Positions 50,788-62,763 of a DNA stretch of 64,000 bases are shown in pieces. The stretch spans positions 100,008,001-100,072,000 of the forward strand of contig CM059431.1 of assembly GCA_030390025.1 (NCBI GenBank). The letters run 5' to 3'. Position 1 is the first letter of the stretch, and every line of letters begins with the position of its first letter. This stretch comes from Squalus acanthias (Eukaryota). Under the pieces are notes generated by a model, which was given only the letters and a program-made list of their open reading frames with translations, made no database searches and was not told the origin of the DNA. A program made the position numbers and the translations under genes.

Positions 50788-50902
50788 GTCGAGGGTTATG
50801 GGGAGCGGGCGTCGAGGGTTATGGGGAGCGGGAGTCGAGGGTTATGGGGAGCGGGCGTCGAGGGTTATGGGAAGCGGGAGTCGAGGGTTATGGGGAGCGG
50901 GC
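50788..50902 (+). repeat. Five 23-bp tandem copies (GTCGAGGGTTATGGGGAGCGGG[C/A]) within a CR1 3' end
   Basis: Units start at 50788, 50811, 50834, 50857 and 50880. They correspond to the KGVEGYGERA end of ORF2. Confidence 0.92.
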
Positions 50903-51353
50903 GGGAAAGTGGAGTTGAGGCCAAGACCAGATCAGCCACGATCTTGTTGAATGGCGGAGCAGCCGCGAGGGGCCGAATGGCCGACTCCTTCTCCTATTTC
51001 TTATGTATTCAAAAGGCTGTTTTTTAAACTTTGCAGATTCATTGATGTTCCACCAATGAAAAAGAATTTAAATGTGTAAAAAATTAGGATTAATAGTGCT
51101 ATTGATTTTGGTATTCAGTGTTTCCTGAGGATAGGCAGCATTCCCAATTATGATTTAAAAAGGTAGGAAGAGTGAAAGAGGAAGGAGGGTTCGACGCACT
51201 ATGAGTATGTCTGGCTGCAGCGCTCGGAATCAGAGACACACCATAGACATCAATACTAAAGCAGGACACTGTGGATGCTGGAAATCTGGAAGCAAAACAG
51301 AAAATGCTGGAAACGCTCGGCGGGTCAGGCAGCATCTGCGGAGAGAGAAACAG

Positions 51354-51390
51354 AGTTAACGTTTCAGGTCGATGACCTTTCGTCAGAACT
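51354..51390 (-). ncRNA. Minimal hammerhead ribozyme motif (best-formed copy)
   Basis: Reverse complement reads AGTT-CTGACGA-A-AGGTCatcGACCT-GAAA-CGTT-AACT, with a perfect 5-bp stem II. Confidence 0.75.
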
Positions 51391-51486
51391 GAAAAAAACC
51401 TGTCACATCTCCAACTTTTTCAAGCAAGTGCGGGGGCAGGGAGAGGGGGGAGGGGAGGAAGGAACCGAAGGGAAGGTCTGTGATAG

Positions 51487-51687
<201 letters not shown>

Positions 51688-52591
51688 TAGACTTGTGGTG
51701 AAGGCCTCACAAATATTTTACTTCAGATGTCTCTAAATGCTCTCCTGCCCGACCTCCCATCTGCCACCCTACATAAACTTCAGCTCATCCGAAACGCTGC
51801 TGCCGGTATCCTCGCTCTCACCCAGTCCCGTCCACCCATCGCCCCTGCGCTCGCTGACCTGCACCGGCTCCCGCTGACCTGCACCGGCTCCCGCTTCAAC
51901 AATGCCTTGATTTTAAAATCCTCATCCTTGGTTTTCAAATCCCTCCATGGCCTCGCCCCCTCCCCCCTATCTCTGCAATCTCCTCCAACCCTACAATCCT
52001 CCCAGATCTTTGCTCTCCTCCAATTCTGGCCTCTTAAGCATCCCTGATTATAATCGCTCCACCATTGGCGGCCGTACCTTCTGTTGCCTCGGCCCTAAGC
52101 TCTGGAATTCGCTCCCTAAACCTCTCCGCCTCGCTACTCTCTTACCTCCTTTAAGACGCTCCTTAAAACCTACCTCTTTGACCAAGCTTTTGGTCACCTG
52201 CCCGAATTTCTCCTTATGTGGCTCGACGTCAAATCTTTTTATTGAGAACGCTCCTGTTAAGCGCTTTGGGACTTTTTGCTATGTTAAAGGAGCTATATAA
52301 ATGCAAGTTGTTGTTGTTGTTGAAGTCATTTACTTCAACGCTATTTTCTATATCTGGTTGCAATTAATGTAGTGCCTGAAAAATAAAATATCTGAGTCTC
52401 TGCCTCGCATCCAGGTATTTCCTGATGCTCAGCCGCCGCGCCCCCCACCCCCCCAACCCCTTGACATTCATGACCCATCTTGGGCCGTAATCCGGCCTTT
52501 TGCCCAGTTTTATGCCTCGCCCCACCACCATCCCCGCTGCCGAATCTGAGGTATTGCACGCTGTGTTTAGTCTGCTTGCCTCCGGAAACAA

Positions 52592-53180
52592 GGGAGTTAT
52601 GCTAAACCGTTACAAATCACTGGTTAGGCCCCAGCTGGAGTATTGTGTCCAATTCTGGGCACCGCACTTCAGGAAGGATGTCAAGGCCTTGGAGAGGGTG
52701 CAGAGGAGATTTACTAGAATGGTACCAGGGATGAGGGACTTCGGTGATCTGGAGAGATTGGAGAAGCTGGGATTGTTCTCCTTAGAGCAGAGAAGGTGAA
52801 GGGGAGATTTAATCGAGGTGTTCAAAATTATGAGGGGTTTTGATAGAGCAAGTTGGGAGATACTGTTTCCTCTGGCAAGTGGGTTGGTAACCAGAGGTCA
52901 GAGATTTAAAATAATTGGTAAAAGAACTAGAGGGGAAATGAGGAGAATTTTCTTCACACAAAGGGTTGTTAAGATCTGGAATGCACTACCTGAAAGGGTG
53001 GTGGAATCAGATTCCATAGGAACTTTCAAAAGGCAATTGGACATGTACTTGAAGAGGATAAATTGCAGGGTTATGAGGAAAAGGCTGGGAAGTGGGACTA
53101 AATTGGAGAGCTCTTTCAAAGAGCCGGCATAGGCACGACGGGCCGAATGGCCTCCTTCTGTGCTGTAAGATTCTACGATT
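52592..53180 (+). mobile_element. CR1 LINE 3' fragment in a NALCN intron
   Basis: YKSLVRPQLEYCVQFWAPHFRKDV peptide. Related fragments at 3035-3270 (+), 53897-54060 (-), 54340-54808 (-), 58740-59170 (+) and 62795-63440 (-). Confidence 0.9.
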
Positions 53181-55260
53181 CTGTGAATGCGTAAATTGTC
53201 TCCTATATTTACCACGAGGTCAAAGCCACAAGCTCAAACCAGGCCGAAGTTTCTCTCTGCTTCAGATCTGAGGGGACGAGGACAACATCGGACTTGTGGG
53301 CCCAATGTTTCTGAATACAATTCCGGTATCTTCATCTAGAGCAACTGGAATATGCACACATCAGGTCCAGTGAATCACAGAATGGCGCAGCACAGAAGGA
53401 GGCCATTCGGCCCAGCGTGCCTTGAATGATCTGCTCCAGCACATTTTGGGTTGTGGTGGGTGGGGTGGGGGAGAATCTTTGTCAAAATGTTAGGAACTGT
53501 TTACAAACATAACAGTCCTCCAATTCGTAATATCATCTCCTCTTCCCCTTTTCAGAAATCAGTTATTGTTCCCAACCTCAACGAATGAGGTGCCACACTC
53601 CCCATCTCAGAATTTTGTGAAGGATCTCATATTTTAAGAGATCCTAATAAGCTGAGTAGGACTTGCTGGCCAGCTCTGTCTCCGCTCTCGTGTTATCCTC
53701 CTCCCTTCTTTTGATTGATTAATTTATCTCCAACAAAGGAGAATTTGAGGTCCTGCTCAGTTGACAGCTACTTCGCTATGCAACTTATGAAAAATTGATC
53801 GAAAGTGTATTAGCTGAGAATTGGAAAAGTATTGAGTCGGAAAAGTGGGCATAGTGTAACAGCTCCTCCTCCTGGTTATTACACAGCTTTGCCTAGAATG
53901 TACAGCACAGAAACAGGCCATTCGGCCCAACTGGTCCGGGCCGGTGTTTATGCTCCACACCAGCCTCCTCCCACCCCTCTTCATCTCACCCTATCAGCAT
54001 ATCCTTCTATTCCTTTCTCCCTCATGTGCTTATCGAGCTTCCCCTTAAATGCATCTCTGCTGTTCTCGAACAACATTATCATATTCTATAAAAACAAAAT
54101 TGTCTTTTCTCTGTGCTAGAATCCAGCCCGAAATATAATGTTATTCTGTCATGCCTTAATAAAAGAGTTCGGTAGATGTCTTCATTAACATTAAGCCGTG
54201 TAAGTAAGTGCTCAGGTACAATTTGTAATCTCTTTTCCAGACTTTCTACCTAACTGAAAGGGCGGTGGAAGCAGATTCAGTAATATCATTCAAAAAGGAA
54301 TTGGATAAATACTTGAGTAGGAAAAAAAATTCTAAGATGGAGGCCATTCGGCCCATCGCCCCTGTGCCGGCTCTTTGAAAGAGCTCTCCAATTAATCCCA
54401 CTCCCCCCTGCTCTTTTCCCAGAGCCCAGTAACTTTTTTCCCTTCTAGTATTTAACCAATTCCCTTTTGAAAGTCACTATTGAATCTGCTTCCACCGCCC
54501 TTTCAGGCAGCGCATTCCAGATCATCATAACTTGCTGCTTTTATTTTTTTTAAATTCTCCTAATTTCCCCCCTTGAACTTTTTTGCCATCACCTTAAATC
54601 TATGCCCTCTGGTTACTGACCCTCCTGCCACTGGAAACAGTTTCTCCTTATTTACTCTATCAAACCCCCTTGTAATTTTGAACGCCTCTATTAAATTTCC
54701 CCTTAACCTTCTCTGCTCTAAGGAGAACAATCCCAGCTTCTCCAGTCTCTCCACATCCCTGCTACCATTCTGGTAAATCTCCCCTGCACCCCTCTCCAAG
54801 GCCTTGACTTGCCAGGAGAGTAATGTCTGTCTGAAGGGGGAGGGAGAAGTCTTGAGTGGAGTGCATCAGCGAGGGGGGTCCCTATTTCTCAATTTGCATT
54901 AGCAAACTGGTCAAATTTGCAAACTCTGAGGGGAAATTGCGAAGTGCGAAATGAATTGGACAAAATGTATAAATCAGTGAAATAGGAGAATTGCAAGTCA
55001 AATGGATAAAAGTAAAAGTACCTCAGATAGCGGGGGTGGAAAACTGCATGCAATCGCTCCCAAGAATGGTGTTACGATAGGTAAGGGTGAAGTTTAACGA
55101 GATCCAATATGAAGCGTTTATCTTTTATAGTTAGTTTATGTGCAAATTAAAAACTAATATTTTGGATGGGTGGCTGGTTGAAGAAGAATATACTATACTG
55201 ATGTTTTAACTGTACCCAGAATGTGCCAGGTGAGGACGACATGGTAGCACTTGTGATTTA

Positions 55261-57515
55261 CAGTGAAACCTGTATAAACCAGCACTCCCAAAAACCAGAC
55301 ACTTACAAAAACCACAGACACTTATTGAGACACTCAAATAACTTGCATTGTAACAGATACAAGACGCACTCTGACACCACGGACTCTCACAAATTGCCAA
55401 CTACGGGACACTGTTCGATGCACCAAGTTCATTTCAAACACTGGACACAGCCTGACGTCACTTTTTAAAATGTTCGAAGTGCGCACTGTACCGGAGTCTG
55501 AAGATCGTGATGACTGATGGATTGTCAGGGGATTCCTTTCTGTCCCTGCTGTCCCCGGGGATTGAATCACCCCACAACCTCTGTCCCCGGGGCAGGAATC
55601 ACCCCACAACCTCTGACCCCGGGGATTGAATCACCCCACAGCCTCTGACCCCGGGGATTGAATCACCCCACAGCCTCTGTCCCCGGGGCTTGATTCACCC
55701 CACAACCTCTGTCCCCGGGGATTGATTCACCCCACAACCTCTGACCCCGGGGATTGAATCACCCCACAACCTCTGTCCCCGGGGATTGAATCACCCCACA
55801 ACCTCTGTCCCCGGGGCTTGATTCACCCCACAACCTCTGTCCCCGGGGATTGAATCACCCCACAACCTCTGTCCCCGGGGATTGAATCACCCCACAACCT
55901 CTGTCCCCGGGGATTGAATCACCCCACAACCTCTGTCCCCAGGGCAGGAATCACCCCACAGCCTCTGACCCCGGGGATTGAATCACCCCACAACCTCTGT
56001 CCCCAGGGCAGGAATCACCCCACAGCCTCTGTCCCCGGGGATTGAATCACCCCACAGCCTCTGTCCCCGGGGCTTGATTCACCCCACAACCTCTGTCCCC
56101 AGGGCAGGAATCACCCCACAGCCTCTGACCCCGGGGATTGAATCACCCCACAACCTCTGTCCCCAGGGCAGGAATCACCCCACAGCCTCTGACCCCGGGG
56201 ATTGAATCACCCCACAGCCTCTGTCCCCGGGGATTGAATCACCCCACAGCCTCTGTCCCCGGGGCTTGATTCACCCCACAACCTCTGTCCCCAGGGCAGG
56301 AATCACCCCACAGCCTCTGACCCCGGGGATTGATTCACCCCACAGCCTCTGTCCCCGGGGATTGAATCACCCCACAGCCTCTGTCCCCGGGGCTTGATTC
56401 ACCCCACAGCCTCTGTCCCCGGGGCAGGAATCACCCCACAGCCTCTGACCCTGGGGATTGAATCACACCCTGGGGATTGAATCACCCCACAGCCTCTGAC
56501 CCCGGGGATTGATTCACCCCACAACCTTTGACCCCGGGGATTGATTCACCCCACAACCTCTGACCCCGGGGATTGAATCACCCCACAACCTCTGTCCCCG
56601 GGGATTGAATCACCCCACAACCTCTGTCCCCGGGGCTTGATTCACCCCACAACCTCTGTCCCCGGGGATTGAATCACCCCACAACCTCTGTCCCCGGGGA
56701 TTGAATCACCCCACAACCTCTGTCCCCAGGGATTGAATCACCCCACAACCTCTGTCCCCGGGGATTGAATCACCCCACAGCCTCTGTCCCCGGGGCAGGA
56801 ATCACCCCACAGCCTCTGTCCCCGGGGATTGATTCACCCCACAACCTCTGACCCCGGGGATTGAATCACCCCACTACCTCTGTCCCCGGGGATTGAATCA
56901 CCCCACAGCCTCTGTCCCCGGGGATTGAATCACCCCACAGCCTCTGTCCCCGGGGATTGAATCACCCCACAGCCTCTGTCCCCGGGGATTGAATCACCCC
57001 ACAGCCTCTGTCCCCAGGGATTGAATCGCTCCACAGCCTCTGCACCCGGGGATTGAATCACCCCACAGCCTCTGTCCCCAGGGATTGAAAATCCCCACAA
57101 CCTCTGTCCCCAGGGATTGAATCACCCCACAACCTCTGTCCCCGGGGTTTGAATCACCCCACAGCCTCTGTCCCCGGGGCAGGGATCACCCCACAGCCTC
57201 TGTCCCCGGGGCAGGGATCACCCCACAGCCTCTGTCCCCGGGGATTGAATCACCCCACAGCCTCTGTCCCCGTGGCAGGAATCACCCCACAGCCTCTGTC
57301 CCCGGGGATTGAATCACCCCACAGCCTCTGTCCCCGGGGCAGGGATCACCCCACAGCCTCTGTCCCCGGGGCTTGTATCACCCCACAGCCTCTGTCCCCG
57401 TGGATTGAATCACCCATTGTGGCCTCCGTCCGTCCGTACAATGACCATTTTGAAAATAAGGACACTGGCAAAGAAAGCCAGTCCCTGAGGTGACCGTAAC
57501 ATCCAGGTTTCACTG
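55261..57515. mobile_element. Non-autonomous Tc1/mariner (pogo/Tigger-like) element hosting the 32-bp minisatellite
   Basis: Perfect 12-bp terminal inverted repeats CAGTGAAACCTG (55261) and CAGGTTTCACTG (ends 57515), each flanked by TA. Confidence 0.75.
55548..57415. repeat. 32-bp minisatellite, ~58 units, consensus GTCCCCGGGGATTGAATCACCCCACA(A/G)CCTCT
   Basis: Direct tandem array without spacers, in the intron between the two NALCN coding exons. Variant units carry GGCAGGAATC or GGCTTGATTC. Confidence 0.98.
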
Positions 57516-57536
57516 TACCTTGGAGGAAAGACACTT

Positions 57537-57950
57537 TTTTTTATTCGTTCATGGGATGTGGACGTCTCTGGGAAAGCCAGCATTTATTGCCCATCACTAA
57601 TTGCCCTCGAGAAGGTGGCAGTGAGCCGCCTCTTGACATCTAAGTGGCTGGGTCATCTTAGAGGGCAGTTGAGAGTCAACCACTTTGCTGTGGGTCTGGA
57701 GTCACATATAGGCCAGACCGGGTAAAGGTGGCAGATTTCCTTCCCTAAACGACATTAGTGAACCAGATGGATTTTTACGACAATCCGGTAGTTTCACAAT
57801 TACTGATACTAGCTTTTTATTCCAGATTTATTTCATTAACTGAATTTAAATTCCCCAGCTGCCGTGGTGGGATTTGAACTCGCGTCTCTAGATCATTAGT
57901 CCAGGCCTCTGGATTGCTAGCCCAGTGACATTACCACTATGCTACCGTAC
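57537..57950 (-). mobile_element. tRNA-derived SINE with the 3' tail of the 8822-9630 LINE family
   Basis: Minus strand begins GTACGGTAGCATAGTGG (A box), has B box GAGTTCAAATCC, and ends GGGCAATAAATGC..CCACATCCCATGAACGAATAAAA. Confidence 0.8.
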
Positions 57951-57978
57951 GGTACTAATGCTTTCTCTTTGTGTGTAG

Positions 57979-58209
<231 letters not shown>

Positions 58210-61200
58210 TGACCAGTGCATGCTTATTAAACTCATTTTGGTACTCTGCGTCCGGATGTATGATTTGTTTATGGGATTTGGGCATCGCTGGCAAGGCCAG
58301 CATTTATTGCCCATCCCTAATTGCCCTTGAGAAGGAACCGCCTTCTTGAACCGCTGCAGTCCATGTGGTGAAGGTACTCCCACAGTGCTGTTAGGGAGGG
58401 AGTTCCAGGATTGTGACCCAGCGGCGATATATTTCCAAGTCAGGATGGTGTGTGACTTGGAGGTGGTGGTTTTCCCATGTGCCTGCTGCCCTTGTCCTTC
58501 TAGGTGGTAGAGGTCGCAGGTTTGGGAGGTGCTGCCGAAGAAGCCTTGGCGAGTTGCTGCAGTGCATCTTGTAGATGGTACACACTGCAGCCACGGTGCG
58601 CCGGTGGTGGAGGGAGTGAATGTTTAAGGTGGTGGATGGGGTGCTTTGTCCTGGATGGTGTCAAGCTTCTTGAGTGTTGTTGGAATGTTGTCTGGTCCAT
58701 ATCTTCTTTATATGTCGCTATGTAAATGCAATCTAGGAAATTCATTGAGTATATTCAAAACAGAGATCAATAGATTTTTGGATATTAAAGGAATCAAGGG
58801 ATATGTGGATCGGGCGGGAAAGTGGAGTTGAGGTCGATGATCAGCCAGGATCTTATTGAATGGCGGAGCAGGCTCGAGGGGCCGTATGGCCGACTCCTGC
58901 TCCTAATTCTTATGTTCTTGTAGAAATTCATTATGCTGGTAACTTCTTTAGTCAGAGAGTGGTGAGAATGTGGAACTTGCTACCACAGGGAGTGATTGAG
59001 GCGAATAGCAGAGATGCATTTAAGGGGAAGTTAGATAAACACATGAGGGAGAAAGGAATAGAAGGATATGCTGATAGGGTGAGATGAAGAGGGGTGGGAG
59101 GAGGCTGGTGTGGAGCAGAAACACTGGCACAGAGCAGTTGGGCCGAATGGCCTGTTTCTGTGCTGTAGAATTGTAGGTAACGTGGCAAAAAGTCCTGAGC
59201 TCACCGTGCCAGCTTTCCTGACTGTTCAGTCTATCCCCGCTGATTCTGCGAATCCTCTTCGGTCTCATCATATAAAGAAAGAAAGACTTGCATTTCTATA
59301 GCGCCTTTCACGACCACCAAACATCCCAAAGCGCTTTACAGCCAATGAAGTACTTTTTGAAGTGTAGTCACTGTTGTAATGTAGGGAATGCGGCAGCCAA
59401 TTTGCGCACAGCAAGCTCCCACAAACAGCAATGTGATAATGACCAGATGATCTGTTTTAGCGATGTTGATTGAGGGATAAATATTGGGCCCCAGGACACC
59501 GGGGCGAACTCCCCTGCTCTTCTTCGAAGTAGTGCCGTGGGATCTCTTAGGTCCACCTGAGCGAGCAGATGTTGAAATATCCCAATTCTTGATCTTGTCC
59601 CTGCCAACATCATCCTGCCCAGTTACTGGCCAACACTATGTGGCACACACAGCATATGAGGAACGTTCAAATGAAAAAAGGCAATGCGGAGAGCCGTGAA
59701 CATTCTCTGCAACACCGACGAGCGTTGGTCTAACGGGGAAAATGAGAATCTATTGGAGGTGTGGAGAAGAACTTTGCCAAACCATGCAGGTTATCTTCTG
59801 TCATGTGAGGTTACAAAAATGCCGCACAAGATATTCTTGCATAAGGAAGTAAAGTTAGTGGCCTGCCTGAAGCATGGGAGGTTGATGTGAAAGACCACTG
59901 TACTGGAAGTATGTAATGAAGCATGGCTGTCAAGTTAACGTAGAGCATAGCCGCTTCTAATCATTGCTTGGAATGACAGAATCATTGCACACAGATTCAT
60001 TATGCATCCATAGATTGATTTGGAAATGCCAGCAGCTTTACCAGACCCCTGAAAGCCTGGAATGATTATTAAATGACTCTCAAATCGTTTGCCTCCCTTT
60101 TTGAGCTCCAAGGGCAACATGGGGACACGTAACGACTCGGTCGAACGATGCGTTCTTGTAGCTGAGCCAATCTTCTGGTTAGGTGACCCAAGGTTGCACA
60201 AAAACCCCATAAACCAATGGAGCCGCACATTGGCGGGTTTTTGCTGCGTCCGTACTGAAGCTAACGACTCCAGTAGAGCCAGTAGTGTTTCTCGAGGCTG
60301 AGCAGCAGCAATGTGACCGCTCACACGAGCCACTTCCACACTTAGCGTTTCGGAAGGCTCTGATGGAATGACGGATTAACGGATTCTGCAAAGTGGAACG
60401 TCTGCCTTTCTGTTAATCGGCCTATCAGGAGGCAGATTCACTTTCTGCGTACTTGGAAACTCATGTTCTTTTTTTAAAATGACGCATCCTTTTTATAATT
60501 TTAAATTTCAAACTTTGATGTTTTAAGAATTTTCAACGAATTGTTTAAAAAAAATGAACAAGACGACAACAACAACAACAGCAGCTTGTATTTCTATAGC
60601 ACCTTTAACGTAGTAAAACATCCCAAGGCGCTTCACAGGAGTATTAAAAGACGAAAAATTTGACACCGAGCCACATAAGAAATTAAGCAAGGTGACCAAA
60701 AGCTTGGTCAAAGAGGCAGGTTTTAAGGAGCGTCTAAAAGTAGGAGAGAGAGGTGGAGAGGTTTAGGGAGGGAATTCCAGAGCTTAGGGCCCAGGCAGCT
60801 GAAGGCACGGCCACCAATGGTGGAGCGATTATAATCAGGGATGCTCAAGAGGGCAGAATTAGAGGAGCGCAGATATCCCGGGGGTTGGGGGAGGGGTGCG
60901 GTTGTGGGGCTGGAGGAGATTACAGAGATAGGGAGGTGCGAGGCCATGGAGGGATTTGAAAACAAGGATCAGAATTTTGAAATTGAGGCATTGCTTAACT
61001 GAGAGCCAATGTAGGTCAGCGAGCACAGGGGTGATGGGTATTAACAAACGGGTATTTGCCATTCAGAGTAACAGAGACAAAGAGAATTGGGGCATTAAAA
61101 ACGCAGCTGGATGCTTTAATGGACAAATTGGGGATGAGCGTCGATGGACTGAATCCCCTTTCTTCAGCTTTTGCTTTTCTTATATTCTTATACGCCGTTT

Positions 61201-61441
61201 CATAATTGTACAAATGTAGCTCTCTGCTGTAATGTTGAAGATATGGGCTGTATAGTTAGCACTTTTTAAAATCGGAAACCCTTTTCTGCTTATGGGAGTG
61301 AGGGATATTGGTGCTGAGCAAAGGGAGCGCTTTCTGTTTCAACATCAAGCACTTCCACATCAGGTGTAGCGTAGCTGGAATAAAAACAGAAAATGCTGGA
61401 AATACTCAGCAGGTCAGGCAGCATCTGCAGAGAGAGAAAAG

Positions 61442-61477
61442 AGTTAACGTTTCAGGTCGATGACCCTTCGTCAGAAC
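61442..61477 (-). ncRNA. Minimal hammerhead ribozyme motif
   Basis: Reverse complement reads GTT-CTGACGA-AGGGTCatcGACCT-GAAA-CGTT-AACT. Confidence 0.7.
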
Positions 61478-61639
61478 CAGATTTATTCATGAACTGATTT
61501 ATTTATTAATTAATTTAAATTCCCCAGCTGCTGTGGTGAGATTTGAACTCTTGTCCCCTGATGATTAGTCCACGCCTCTGGATTACTAGTCCAGTGACCT
61601 AACCACCGTGCTACCGCACCTGATCATAGTCACACAGCC

Positions 61640-61676
61640 AGTTCTGAGGAAGAGTCATCGACCTGAAACGTTAACT
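61640..61676 (+). ncRNA. Minimal hammerhead ribozyme motif, sense to the NALCN pre-mRNA
   Basis: AGTT-CTGAGGA-AGAGTCatcGACCT-GAAA-CGTT-AACT. Core intact, stem II weakened. Confidence 0.6.
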
Positions 61677-62005
61677 CTGTTTCTCTCTGCACAGATGCTG
61701 CCTGACCTGCTGAGTATTTCCAGCATTTTCTGTTTTTATTTCAGATTTCCAGCATCCGCAGTATTTTGCTTTTGTAGTAGCGTAGCTGGATACCGAGTAA
61801 AGCTCTCTCTGCTCTGTCCCAACAATATGCATTAGCCCCAATCTTCAAGGAGCGCTCGTATTCCACCAGCGTGATGTTTTTCCATTTCCCACACCGACCA
61901 TCCTTGGATCTGTTGCCAGTTAGTACCAGATTAAAGGGCACTAGAGGGCAGGACTAGCACAGGCACGATGGGCCGAATGGCCTCCTGTGCATGTGTGACT
62001 ATGAT

Positions 62006-62422
62006 CGGGTGCGGTAGCACAGTGGTTAGGCCACTGGACTAGTAATCCAGAGGCATGGACTAATGATCCAGAGACGTGAGTTCAAACCCCACCGTGGCAG
62101 CTGGGGGATTTAAATTAATAAATAAAACCAGTTCATAAATAAATCTGGAATAAAAAGCTAGTATCTGTAATGAAACTACCGGATTGTTGTAAAAACCCAT
62201 GTTGTTCACTAGTGTCCTTTAGGGAAGGAAATCTGCCGCCCTTACCCGGTCTGGCCGATATGTGGCTCCAGACCCACAGCAATGTGGTTGATTCTTAACT
62301 GCCCTCTGAAATGGCCTAGCAAGCCATTCAGTTGTATAAGGCGGCTCACCACCTCGTTCTCGAGGGCAATTAGGGATGGGCAATAAATGCCGGCGATGCC
62401 CACATCCCGTGAACGAATAAAT
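62006..62422 (+). mobile_element. Second copy of the same tRNA-derived SINE
   Basis: GGTAGCACAGTGG A box, GAGTTCAAACCCC B box, and the same LINE-derived tail. Confidence 0.8.
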
Positions 62423-62434
62423 TAAGCAGAGGTG

Positions 62435-62763
62435 CAAATTATTTTCTTTGTACTTGTCTTGTCGAGTGGAGAAAGGGCGGATGTACGGTTCATGTTTCCT
62501 TTGGCCTCGTTCAAATGCACTTCACATCGGACCCTTCCAGCCGGCAAACCAAGGAGACTTTCCTCCCATCAGCCCGAGCAGGATTTGAACTCCAGGTCAC
62601 ACAGGTGAAAGGCCAGACTGTTCACCAACACCACAATAGCAAGAGATGCTTATTCTAACGCCGTGTCACCAAGGAAAGGGGACTGGCATGAGGCCAAAGG
62701 AAACATGAACCGTACATCCGCCCTTTCTCCACTCGACAAGACAAGTGCCAAGAAAATAATTTG
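62435..62763. repeat. 74-bp inverted repeat pair with a ~180-bp spacer
   Basis: 62435-62508 is the reverse complement of 62690-62763 with two mismatches. Confidence 0.85.

Larger units (their letters stand above)
48412..51007 (+). mobile_element. Degenerate CR1 LINE interrupted by two Harbinger-type elements
   Basis: YINDLDEG..KFADDTK at 48412 continues at 49330-50037 and at 50758-51007. Confidence 0.9.

Noticed and set aside
55548..57415. CRISPR array (32-bp partly palindromic unit with GGGGATTGAA resembling a CRISPR repeat end)
   Set aside because: Units are head-to-tail with no unique spacers, there are no cas genes, and the context is a vertebrate intron.
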